Part shown: positions 32,318 to 40,462 of the stretch, piece after piece
Layout of the letters: the number at the start of each line of letters is the position of its first letter
How positions within the stretch are numbered: position 1 is the stretch's first letter
NCBI GenBank assembly: GCA_028865725.1
Contig: JAGWJP010000002.1
Location: 168,050-232,049 of the forward strand
DNA length: 64,000 nucleotides
From: Patescibacteria group bacterium
GTDB lineage: Bacteria; Patescibacteriota; Minisyncoccia; UBA6257; JACRHW01
Direction: 5' to 3'
Program-made: the position numbers and the translations under genes
Notes under the pieces: model-generated
The model's input: only the letters and a program-made list of their open reading frames with translations
Database searches by the model: none
Told to the model about the DNA's origin: nothing

Positions 32318-33211
32318 TCAATCCCTTTCTTCCAATTCCAGTGCGTCCTGTTTCTGCGTATCATCTGCCGCGGCTTGTTTTTCCTTTTTCTTTTGCCTTT
32401 TCAATTTTCTTGCCGTCTTTTTTTCTTCTTCTTGCTGGCGCACGATTTCCGCAAGCGTTTCCTTCAACCCCGCGCGCAACATGTGCCATGGCCCATGCGT
32501 GCGGGCCGCAACCTCGGCATAGCGTTTCTCAAGCACCGCGTCGCGATCCAGTTGTACAATCTCAAGATAAATTTCATTTCCATACTTTTTTGCACACGCC
32601 GCGCCAAACCGAAGCATCAATTCAATGCTATTAACACGGGATAACGTGTGAAGATACTCTTCAAAACTCTCAAGCTGTGCACCGATCCACAACGACTCCC
32701 GAGGCGTACTCGCTTTTTCTGTTTTTCTGCTCCGCGATGGCGCCTTTGTTTCGGTGCGCACCAGCGGGCCGCTTATAAATCCGGAGGCGGGAATCGAAAT
32801 ACCAGTATGCGGCACCACCACGACCTCATCAGTAGATGGATCGCCCGTGATACGCACGAATACCATCGCCGCATCAATCTCCGGCCGCTTCGGATCTTTC
32901 AGGTGTGATGCAAGCAAGGATCCAATCTTTTCTCCCACGCCCAACGCATGGACATTTTCATATGATACCTCGAGTGCCTCACCTTTCGCGATCGCTGAAG
33001 CCGCTCTCTGCAGCTCGAACCCATCAGAGCCAAAACTAATCACAAAAATGCGATCCAGCACGCGCTTGATGCGTTGGCGATAATCATCGGAACATGCAAG
33101 CATCAAAATGCTTCCACCAAGATTCAATACTACGGCGGGATAGCTTTCCCGCACATCTCTTGCAGCGCGCCGCCTCTTTGCGTGCACGATATCTGTAAGC
33201 TTACGACACAT
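32318..33211 (-). CDS. prcA: 20S proteasome alpha subunit, divergent
   Basis: Aligns by eye with actinobacterial PrcA (AVVLNLGGSILMLA, QRIKRVLDRIFVISFG, KRPEID..VFVRI); overlaps the prcB stop; GGAGGT SD. Confidence 0.75.
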   Translation of the reverse strand: MCRKLTDIVHAKRRRAARDVRESYPAVVLNLGGSILMLACSDDYRQRIKRVLDRIFVISFGSDGFELQRAASAIAKGEALEVSYENVHALGVGEKIGSLLASHLKDPKRPEIDAAMVFVRITGDPSTDEVVVVPHTGISIPASGFISGPLVRTETKAPSRSRKTEKASTPRESLWIGAQLESFEEYLHTLSRVNSIELMLRFGAACAKKYGNEIYLEIVQLDRDAVLEKRYAEVAARTHGPWHMLRAGLKETLAEIVRQQEEEKKTARKLKRQKKKEKQAAADDTQKQDALELEERD

Positions 33212-33977
33212 GGAACGACACCTCCTGAGGCCCAAGCGAGCTCATAATATAAGCGTGGCACGTTCCTCCGGATCCGGAATCAAACCGAAATGCCATATGA
33301 AAGAGGCGGGCCAAGCGCTGGTAAAGTTCTTTTAGGGTATAGTCTCTGCCTGCTTCTACCGCAAGAAGAGCTTCGATCGCTGAATAACCGCTTCCGGTAC
33401 CCCCGCAATCCCCCACATCGTGGATGTAGCCTCCTGGATAAAACTCAAAAATACGACACCGGCCCTTGTCTTCGTTGTCCTGTCCCTCATAGCCCGCGAG
33501 AAGAAAGTATATGGGAAGAAAAGGTACCTGTCTCATCATATTTTGAAGCATCGTGACCTTGCCGCGTAGGGAGAGCTTCTGGTCTGGTGTATCCGCCATA
33601 TCATCATAGTGAGCTACACTAAGACTATAGATCTTTCCCATCCGGTCTAGGGCAGATGCGAGACCAGCTCCACCAAGCACAAGGGTGCTATCAATCATAC
33701 GCATTTTTTTCGCTTCTTCCTCAACAATATGATGCCCTGCGGATGTTCTTCCATCAGATGCAATCACGACTGCGGGGAGCGTAATCATTGCGTCTTCCTT
33801 GCCTTCAGGATTGAGTTCCGTTTCCGGGACTTTCAATCCAAAACGCATCGCGATCACCGTCGTTCCTGTGGTAACCTGCCTCTGGTACAGACCATCGCCA
33901 GACGTCCGTGGCATGGCACGCACGGATTCTCCAAGCGCGGTAAGTGCTCGCTCGAAAAGATTTTCGACCAATGACAT
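33201..33977 (-). CDS. prcB: 20S proteasome beta subunit with propeptide
   Basis: 38-aa propeptide then G|TTVIA; SDGRTSAG (D17), KKM (K33), LSLRGKVTML, LLAGYE, GTGSG (S129), DSGSGG (D166/S169). Confidence 0.9.
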   Translation of the reverse strand: MSLVENLFERALTALGESVRAMPRTSGDGLYQRQVTTGTTVIAMRFGLKVPETELNPEGKEDAMITLPAVVIASDGRTSAGHHIVEEEAKKMRMIDSTLVLGGAGLASALDRMGKIYSLSVAHYDDMADTPDQKLSLRGKVTMLQNMMRQVPFLPIYFLLAGYEGQDNEDKGRCRIFEFYPGGYIHDVGDCGGTGSGYSAIEALLAVEAGRDYTLKELYQRLARLFHMAFRFDSGSGGTCHAYIMSSLGPQEVSFHVS

Positions 33978-34087
33978 CGGCTTTTCCCCTTTGTTTTGTT
34001 TTCAAGTTACTTACGCTACCCTACCATAATATTTACAAAAACCGCAAGCGTTTATGCGGTTTTTTGATGCTTTGCTGGGACAAATAA

Positions 34088-34480
34088 TTAAAGACCGAGA
34101 AGAAGTTGATCAAGACTCAAAAATCCCCCTCCCTGCGTAACAAGAACAAGGCACGCGGCAAAAAGCAAGAGATCAAACTCATACCCCCCTATGAATCCAC
34201 TCTTCCGTTTCACGGTAACCATCGCAACCATCATCTCTATTGCAAAAAGCAGCGCAAAAAACTGAGAAAAAAGTCCGAAAAAGAGCGCGCCTCCGCCCAC
34301 CACCTCGAGAAGTGCAATCCCTGTCCCCCACAACCATCCTGGACGAAACCCCATCATCCCGAAATTTTCTTTTGTTTTGTGCAGATCGCTCAATTTGGGG
34401 AGTCCGTGCACCACGAAAATAATGCTGATTACAAGACGCAAAAGCGCGAGTGGGTACATGCGCACTAATCCTGCTATCAT
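34088..34480 (-). CDS. DoxX family membrane protein
   Basis: LLRLVISIIFVVHGLPK, LEVVGG, GYEFDL, GGGFLSLD. Confidence 0.9.
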   Translation of the reverse strand: MIAGLVRMYPLALLRLVISIIFVVHGLPKLSDLHKTKENFGMMGFRPGWLWGTGIALLEVVGGGALFFGLFSQFFALLFAIEMMVAMVTVKRKSGFIGGYEFDLLLFAACLVLVTQGGGFLSLDQLLLGL

Positions 34481-34572
34481 GAGATAATTTTTTATAAGTA
34501 GAAGGTTTGTCATAAGTATGCTACAAATAATTATTCTTTAAATTAGCTTATTTCCATTGTGAGTATACCATT

Positions 34573-35271
34573 ATGAAGCCCTCAGCACCAACTCTCGTTT
34601 ACGAAGACGACGACATGCTGATCGTCAATAAACCGTTCGGCCTCCTGATCCATCAATCGCCACATTCCCATGAATCGACACTCGTTGATTGGCTTCTTTC
34701 GATACATCCTTCCATCCGCAGTGTAGGAGAAGATCCGGATCGTCCGGGTATCGTGCACCGCCTTGATCGCGACACAGGCGGTCTTGTAGTAATTGCAAAA
34801 AACCAACACGCATTCGAGTACCTTAAACGCCTCTTTGCCACGCGCCAAATTACCAAACACTATCTTGCCCTCGTTTTCGGCAACATTAAACAAGATTATG
34901 GTAGTATCAATAAACCCATAGGCCTTGCGCGGGGAGTAGCAAAACGCACTACGCACACGCAGAAAAAAACGCGAGAAGCTATTACCGAATACCGCGTACG
35001 CGCACGCTACTCTCACGCGAATATGACGCTTGTAGAACTCTCTCCAAAAACCGGACGCACACACCAGCTCCGTGTGCATATGGCAGCGATAGGCACTCCG
35101 ATTGTAGGCGACAGGCTTTACGGAAGAACGCACGCAATGTTACCTTTTCCGCTCTCACACCAATTCCTCTTTGCTTGCTCGATCGATATTCCAAAAAAAA
35201 ATGGAGAGGTTCTCCACGTTGAAATTCCTCTTCCCAATGAGTTGAAAATGATTCTTGAATCCTTATCCTAA
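34573..35271 (+). CDS. RluA/RluD family pseudouridine synthase
   Basis: VNKPFG, IVHRLDRDT, TGRTHQLRVH, IVGDRLYG. Confidence 0.95.
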   Translation: MKPSAPTLVYEDDDMLIVNKPFGLLIHQSPHSHESTLVDWLLSIHPSIRSVGEDPDRPGIVHRLDRDTGGLVVIAKNQHAFEYLKRLFATRQITKHYLALVFGNIKQDYGSINKPIGLARGVAKRTTHTQKKTREAITEYRVRARYSHANMTLVELSPKTGRTHQLRVHMAAIGTPIVGDRLYGRTHAMLPFPLSHQFLFACSIDIPKKNGEVLHVEIPLPNELKMILESLS

Positions 35272-35342
35272 CTAGCCAGGCTTGACTCAAAAAAAACAAC
35301 AGAGTAGCTTGTGAGAGGGGTATAGTTTAGGAGAAGGTAGAC

Positions 35343-35528
35343 ATGTCTTCACGAGCATGGATTTTGCTTTTGCTATGTTTTGCGGTAGTAACGCTTGTAC
35401 TTTATCTGGCTGGCCAAGGTCTTCGGGCCCTTGCAGTAGTAATGGTGCTCCTCACACATGCCTGGATTCTCATTCCTGTACTAGTGCTTGCCTTAGCAAT
35501 AAACGTACTGGTGAGTCTTCGAAGGTAA
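35343..35528 (+). CDS. Small two-TM membrane protein
   Basis: AGGAG SD; TTGACT-17-TAGCTT promoter; hydrophobic 61 aa. Confidence 0.6.
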   Translation: MSSRAWILLLLCFAVVTLVLYLAGQGLRALAVVMVLLTHAWILIPVLVLALAINVLVSLRR

Positions 35529-35594
35529 TAACGCTCTAAAAAGGAATCGAAGAAAAACAAAATCCCCGCTCGATGGGGATTTATTTATTTTATT

Positions 35595-35840
35595 TTATTG
35601 TGCGGTCTGAGACGGCAAGGTGTCTGGTGGAAGAGTAATCACCTCATCTCCACGCTTTAACTGTAAAACATATCCTTCCCTCATTTTTGTCAAGATGAAA
35701 TGGAGAAAATTAATCGCAAGGCAGATAACATACGACTCATCTTTCTTCGCTACCTTCACTAATTCCTTCAATAAATTCGCGACACCACTCGAAAAATTAA
35801 GGACAATTTTTACAAATCCGGAACTAGACTGTTCTGACAT
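35595..35840 (-). CDS. Putative ribbon-helix-helix (CopG-like) protein
   Basis: VKIVLNFS beta strand followed by two helices; TAAGGAG SD. Confidence 0.5.
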   Translation of the reverse strand: MSEQSSSGFVKIVLNFSSGVANLLKELVKVAKKDESYVICLAINFLHFILTKMREGYVLQLKRGDEVITLPPDTLPSQTAQ

Positions 35841-35981
35841 TTGTTTTTCTCCTTAATGGCGACAGGATCTAATGCTTATTTACCCCAAAAAAAAGAAAAG
35901 TGTCAACTCACATAGCCTTGCGAAAAAGCAGAGAATGTTATACAATCTTTGATAAGTCATTTTAGAACGTCCTGATTATAT

Positions 35982-36332
35982 ATGAACAAACTACAACAGT
36001 TTACTGCCGCACAAGTCACGCACACCCTTCCTGATCTTAAGCCGGGCATGCGCGTACGCGTTTCAGAAAAAATTAAGGAAAAAGATAAGGAACGCAAACA
36101 AGCGTTCACGGGAATTATTATCGCGATCAAGCACGGCAAATCCGCGGGTGCCGCATTTACCGTCCGCGCCATAGTGGACGGCGTGGGGGTAGAAAAAGTA
36201 TATCCGTTCAACTGCCCATCTCTCATGGGGGTAGAAATACTCGGCACGTCAGAGGTACGGCGCGCAAAGCTCTACTTCCTCCGCAAGCTTTCGAAAAAGA
36301 AAAGCCGTGAAAAAATCGGTACCACCGCATAA
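35982..36332 (+). CDS. rplS: 50S ribosomal protein bL19
   Basis: KERKQAFTGIIIA, GVGVEKVYP, VRRAKLYFLR. Confidence 0.97.
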   Translation: MNKLQQFTAAQVTHTLPDLKPGMRVRVSEKIKEKDKERKQAFTGIIIAIKHGKSAGAAFTVRAIVDGVGVEKVYPFNCPSLMGVEILGTSEVRRAKLYFLRKLSKKKSREKIGTTA

Positions 36333-36427
36333 AGAAGAGTAGAGTAAAAAGTCCCATAAGGGGCTTTTTACTCTACGTGTGCTCTTGAAAAAAGAAACGA
36401 TTGACGCTACGATAACAAATATCAAAT

Positions 36428-36514
36428 GCCCAGGTGGTGAAATTGGTATACACGTATCCTTGAGGTGGATATGCCCGTAAGGGTGTGGAGGTTCGAGTCC
36501 TCTCCTGGGCACCA
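36428..36514 (+). tRNA. tRNA-Leu(GAG)
   Basis: TATCC-TTGAGGT-GGATA; long variable arm; encoded CCA. Confidence 0.95.
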
Positions 36515-36665
36515 AGACAAAACTTTTCGCAACAACACCAATTTTTTGTACACCTCATGCAACGCATGGAGGTAGTTTGATGTAGTATATTGGATTTGAA
36601 AAATCAAAAAGACGCTAAAGAATTTGAAAAAACGAGTGAAATCCCCTATGATAAACGCATCATGC

Positions 36666-36752
36666 GCCGCCGTGGTGGAATTGGTAGACACGACAGACTT
36701 AAGATCTGTTGCCCTCCAAGGCGTGTCGGTTCGAGTCCGACCGGCGGTACCA
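36666..36752 (+). tRNA. tRNA-Leu(TAA)
   Basis: ACAGA-CTTAAGA-TCTGT; long variable arm; encoded CCA. Confidence 0.95.
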
Positions 36753-36769
36753 AGTTAAATCTCACTCTT

Positions 36770-37618
36770 ATGGAATTCTTAAGGAGCATTTTTAACGGGC
36801 CGATACAAAAACCAAAAGAACCAACCACGGAAGAAGCAAAAAAGATTGAATCTACTCGAAGAGATTCACCAGAAGAAACAAAAGCTCTTCGTGAAGAAAC
36901 ACAAGCAGAAACGTTATTGCGCTTACGAGATAAAATAAGCCTACGTAAATTTAAAGGAGGTGGTGCAAATGCAACCTTTGCGGTAACGCTCAAAGATGAT
37001 GGCTTAGGAATCTTTAAACCAAAAAGTGGGGAAAACAAAAACCTTCGTGACAACGTACAAGCAGGTACCTACTTCAAACGTGCGCGTGCCGCATATCTTG
37101 TGGATAAGTGTTTGGGATTTGGGATTGTTCCCCCTGTCTCTATTCGAGAAATTGATGGCGAAATTGGTAGTATTCAACAATTCATTGAGAATGCATCGAC
37201 CTATACAGAACTCTCCTTTGCTGATCGCGGTGAACTACGTTCCACGCATTATGATCAACTCATAGCATTGTGGCTTTTTGACATTATTATTTTCAACTCC
37301 GACCGAAGCCCCAGAAACCTCCTCGTTTCGAAAAATGGCATTCATGCGATCGACAATGATTTAAGTTTTGGAAATGATTCCTTACGCCATCAAATCGGAT
37401 ACTATTATAATGCAAAAATTCCATCTCATCTTATTCAAAAATTAGAACGTTTTACTTCTTCTGAAACCCGAAAACAAAGCTTAAGAGCTCTCCTTCTCGA
37501 ACTCCTTCCTGAAAAAGAAGTCAATGCATGTATATCCCGCATTGAACGCGTCGCGCGCCTTGTGCAAGCGGGAACTATTACGAAACAATTGAAAGATATC
37601 TTAACCCAATATGAGTAA
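36770..37618 (+). CDS. PI3/PI4-kinase-like (HipA-like) kinase
   Basis: GGGANAT, IFKP..GE, AAYLVD..LGFGIVPP, GSIQQF, NSDRSPRNLL, AIDNDLSF. Confidence 0.8.
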   Translation: MEFLRSIFNGPIQKPKEPTTEEAKKIESTRRDSPEETKALREETQAETLLRLRDKISLRKFKGGGANATFAVTLKDDGLGIFKPKSGENKNLRDNVQAGTYFKRARAAYLVDKCLGFGIVPPVSIREIDGEIGSIQQFIENASTYTELSFADRGELRSTHYDQLIALWLFDIIIFNSDRSPRNLLVSKNGIHAIDNDLSFGNDSLRHQIGYYYNAKIPSHLIQKLERFTSSETRKQSLRALLLELLPEKEVNACISRIERVARLVQAGTITKQLKDILTQYE

Positions 37619-37898
37619 CAAAAACATTATGAAACACGCAACCATCTATAAACTCAAAGACGACGGTACCCAAACAATACTTGCCACGTGCGTGCTAAAA
37701 AATGGTGTCGTTATCTGCACAGGAAACGACATCTTTGTAAAAAACCTCGAAGAAGAGGGTATTCGAGATTACTTGAGTGAAAATTCCAATGCCACACTCT
37801 TTCCAAAAGATGGCGAGCTCTTCATTGAACAACTTCCCAACAATTTTCGCTCTGGCTATCTCATGGCAGAAATAGAAGAGGAGGGAGAAGAAAAATAA
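37611..37898 (+). CDS. Small acidic hypothetical protein
   Basis: Overlaps the kinase stop; 95 aa; P.DG..F...L...FRSGYL.A. Confidence 0.7.
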   Translation: MSNKNIMKHATIYKLKDDGTQTILATCVLKNGVVICTGNDIFVKNLEEEGIRDYLSENSNATLFPKDGELFIEQLPNNFRSGYLMAEIEEEGEEK

Positions 37899-37908
37899 CT
37901 TAGGATGT

Positions 37909-39270
37909 ATGGCAAAACCTTTCCAGGGCAAATCAATAGCAATCCTTGGCTTTGGGAGAGAAGGAAAAGCGTTATTTCAATATTTAAAAAAAACAGGAAC
38001 TCCCTTTTCCTGTATTACGATCTGCGATCAAAATCCTATCGAGAGCGTACGCTGCGCCACACATACTGGCGCGTCTTACCTTGCAGGACTCGAACAGTTT
38101 GACGTGATATTCAAAAGCCCCGGTATTCCTACTAAACTTCCGGAAATTAAACGTGCGTTGCGCAAAGGAATAACACTTAGCTCACCCACCAATCTCTTTT
38201 TTGATCTTTGTAAGGGTACCATCGTCGGTGTGACCGGTACTAAAGGAAAAGGTACTACCGCCACCATGCTCTGCTCTATTCTTAAGGCCGCCCACAAAAG
38301 AGTGCATCTTGTGGGGAATATGGGAAAACCGGCGCTTTCATGCTTACCCGTCATCAAAAAAGAAGATATCGTGATAATGGAGCTCTCAAGTTTTCAATTA
38401 CAACATCTCCGCATTTCCCCCCATATCGCAATCGTACTTGATATCACCACAGATCATCTCGATCACCATAAAACAGTACGCGAATACCGTCTTGCAAAGT
38501 CACACATCGTCGCACACCAAACCACTCGCGATATTGCGGTGCTTGATGCCCAAAGCCCAGTCGCGCGGACATTCGCCCGGCACACACCGGCACAGATTGT
38601 TTTCTTCGGGAAAGCAAAAACCCGCGGTACTCTCCCCCGAGGAGTATGGATCGATGGCAACGAAATAATCTCTATCACACGAGGACAAAGATCTCCTCTT
38701 CTCGCCACCTCCTCGCTTCGAGTACCGGGGATTCATAACGCACGAAATGCTGCCGCCGCTATTGCCGCTGCGCGTGCGCTCCTCATAAGCCCGTCCGCGA
38801 TACAAAAAGGAATCCAATCCTTTCGCGGTAATGCACACCGCCTTGAGTTTGTGGCAGAAAAAAAGGGGGTCCGTTTTTATAACGACTCTGCGGGCACTAA
38901 CCCCGATGCAACAATCGCAGCCCTTCGCGCATTCCGAGAACCCAAACTATTGATTGTGGGAGGGCGCAACAAAGGATTCTCGTATGACGCGCTCGCAAAA
39001 GAACTCACTGCACAACATATGCGCGGTGTGGTACTTCTTGGAGAAACTGCTCCCCTCCTTTACAACACGATTAAAAAAATAGCGCCGAAGAAGTTTCTCC
39101 CGTGCGTTATTCGCGCTGCCACATTACCCGAAGCAGTGGAAAAAGCATCGGCGCTTTCAGTCCCCGGTGACGTAGTAGTGTACTCCCCTGCCGCAACCAG
39201 CTTTGATATGTTCCACAACTACGAAGAACGGGGCACGATCTTCAAAAACCTCATCCGCATGCTATCATAA
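37909..39270 (+). CDS. murD: UDP-MurNAc-L-Ala--D-Glu ligase
   Basis: GVTGTKGKGTT, ELSSFQL, DHLDHH, HRLE, YNDSAGTN, SPAATSFDMF. Confidence 0.97.
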   Translation: MAKPFQGKSIAILGFGREGKALFQYLKKTGTPFSCITICDQNPIESVRCATHTGASYLAGLEQFDVIFKSPGIPTKLPEIKRALRKGITLSSPTNLFFDLCKGTIVGVTGTKGKGTTATMLCSILKAAHKRVHLVGNMGKPALSCLPVIKKEDIVIMELSSFQLQHLRISPHIAIVLDITTDHLDHHKTVREYRLAKSHIVAHQTTRDIAVLDAQSPVARTFARHTPAQIVFFGKAKTRGTLPRGVWIDGNEIISITRGQRSPLLATSSLRVPGIHNARNAAAAIAAARALLISPSAIQKGIQSFRGNAHRLEFVAEKKGVRFYNDSAGTNPDATIAALRAFREPKLLIVGGRNKGFSYDALAKELTAQHMRGVVLLGETAPLLYNTIKKIAPKKFLPCVIRAATLPEAVEKASALSVPGDVVVYSPAATSFDMFHNYEERGTIFKNLIRMLS

Positions 39271-39307
39271 AAAAACTACGCATTGCGTAGCTTTTTGTTT
39301 GTTGCCC

Positions 39308-39568
39308 TTATCCTTGTGCGCCGATAACATTGCCGCCCTCAATAACAACAGTCATCACTCGACCTAATTCACGATGCTTGATACGCACCAAGATCGTGGT
39401 GTTCTCATCCACAACGTCGGGAATCCCGCTCTCATCCGCGATCACCCATCCGGGATGAACGCGATCCACAATTTTCTGAATCTTTACTGCATTTCCTTGG
39501 GACACAGCGCATGCACCTCCTTTCTGTGCGAATCCTCCCGGTACCTTTGAACGAAGAACAATCAACAA
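39308..39568 (-). CDS. Hypothetical protein
   Basis: 86 aa ORF with a TTG start; start position uncertain. Confidence 0.4.
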   Translation of the reverse strand: MLIVLRSKVPGGFAQKGGACAVSQGNAVKIQKIVDRVHPGWVIADESGIPDVVDENTTILVRIKHRELGRVMTVVIEGGNVIGAQG

Positions 39569-39673
39569 TGACCCGAGTGTCCTAGTTGGGGGGTGCGGAG
39601 AGGAATTCGGATAGTGTCATGACTTTAGCAACACACACACTTTGTCAAGAAAAAAACCGCCACAAGAGGCGGA

Positions 39674-39898
39674 TTAAGGATGTTTTTTGTGCGATCCATG
39701 ATCGCGACACGCGGAAAGCAATTCAGAAAATGCCTTGGCTTCTCTATCAAATTCCTCTTCAACCGCAGCCTTACACAACGCACAAGACTTGAGATGTGCT
39801 TCATATAACTTGTCTTTCCCCGTTTTCACAAAATGCAGAAATGTGTTGTAGAAATCAGGAGAGCACGGTTTGTGTATAAGCGTGGAAATTAGATTCAT
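39674..39898 (-). CDS. Small protein with an anti-sigma-type zinc finger
   Basis: C...HLKSCALC (H-x3-C-x2-C); starts 11 nt after the L,D-transpeptidase stop. Confidence 0.55.
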   Translation of the reverse strand: MNLISTLIHKPCSPDFYNTFLHFVKTGKDKLYEAHLKSCALCKAAVEEEFDREAKAFSELLSACRDHGSHKKHP

Positions 39899-39909
39899 CG
39901 ACTTAAGTC

Positions 39910-40335
39910 TCATCGGATGTGCACCAGCGTACCCACAGGTACACGATAAAACAGCCACTTCGCATCCTGATAGTGCAGGCGTACGCATCCATGAGAAGCA
40001 GGATGATTCGGCACTGACGTGGAAGCATGAATACCATATCCTGCGGGAAGAAACCACAAAGTAAAGGGCATGGGAGTATTACCGTATTTGTAAGATACTG
40101 CGTGACGTTCCTTTGCATAAACCTTGAAGTCACCTTTTGGAGTACGGTGACCCGATTTCCCTGTTGAACAGTGGAATGAGCGCGCAAGATTCTTACTATG
40201 ATACGTTAGCGTCTGTGCGGCAAGATTGATCTCAATCTGTACATCATTCTTCTTTGGAGTGTCAGCAGACGCAAGATTCGTCCCGTATGCCGCGAAAAGA
40301 ATCGCGAGGCACCACAGCATCACTCTGGTTCGCAT
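39910..40335 (-). CDS. L,D-transpeptidase (YkuD family), secreted
   Basis: Signal peptide; STGK...TPKG, YGIHA, ASHGCVRL. Confidence 0.93.
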   Translation of the reverse strand: MRTRVMLWCLAILFAAYGTNLASADTPKKNDVQIEINLAAQTLTYHSKNLARSFHCSTGKSGHRTPKGDFKVYAKERHAVSYKYGNTPMPFTLWFLPAGYGIHASTSVPNHPASHGCVRLHYQDAKWLFYRVPVGTLVHIR

Positions 40336-40462
40336 AAAAAGATCCTCCCTCTTGTTGTTCAAAGAGCTTTTTTCACTCTACACGAAAAGCGATTCTTTGT
40401 ATAGAGCAACATCTTCGATAATAAAAAACCACCCCGTAAGTCACAGGGTGGTCTTTTGTTGC

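Noticed and set aside
26916-33977. Prophage or integron interpretation of the accessory cluster
   Set aside because: No integrase, structural phage genes or attC-like sites; the genes have their own promoters and are interleaved with core genes.
31587-33977. HslV or Anbu assignment for the Ntn genes
   Set aside because: The propeptide, the LSL.GK motif and an adjacent alpha-like gene fit 20S PrcB; no hslU or Anbu-operon partners are present.
36590-36769. N-terminal extension of the kinase ORF, and similar extensions at 24128, 41761, 51418 and 59400
   Set aside because: They run through tRNAs or structured elements; downstream ATGs are more plausible.
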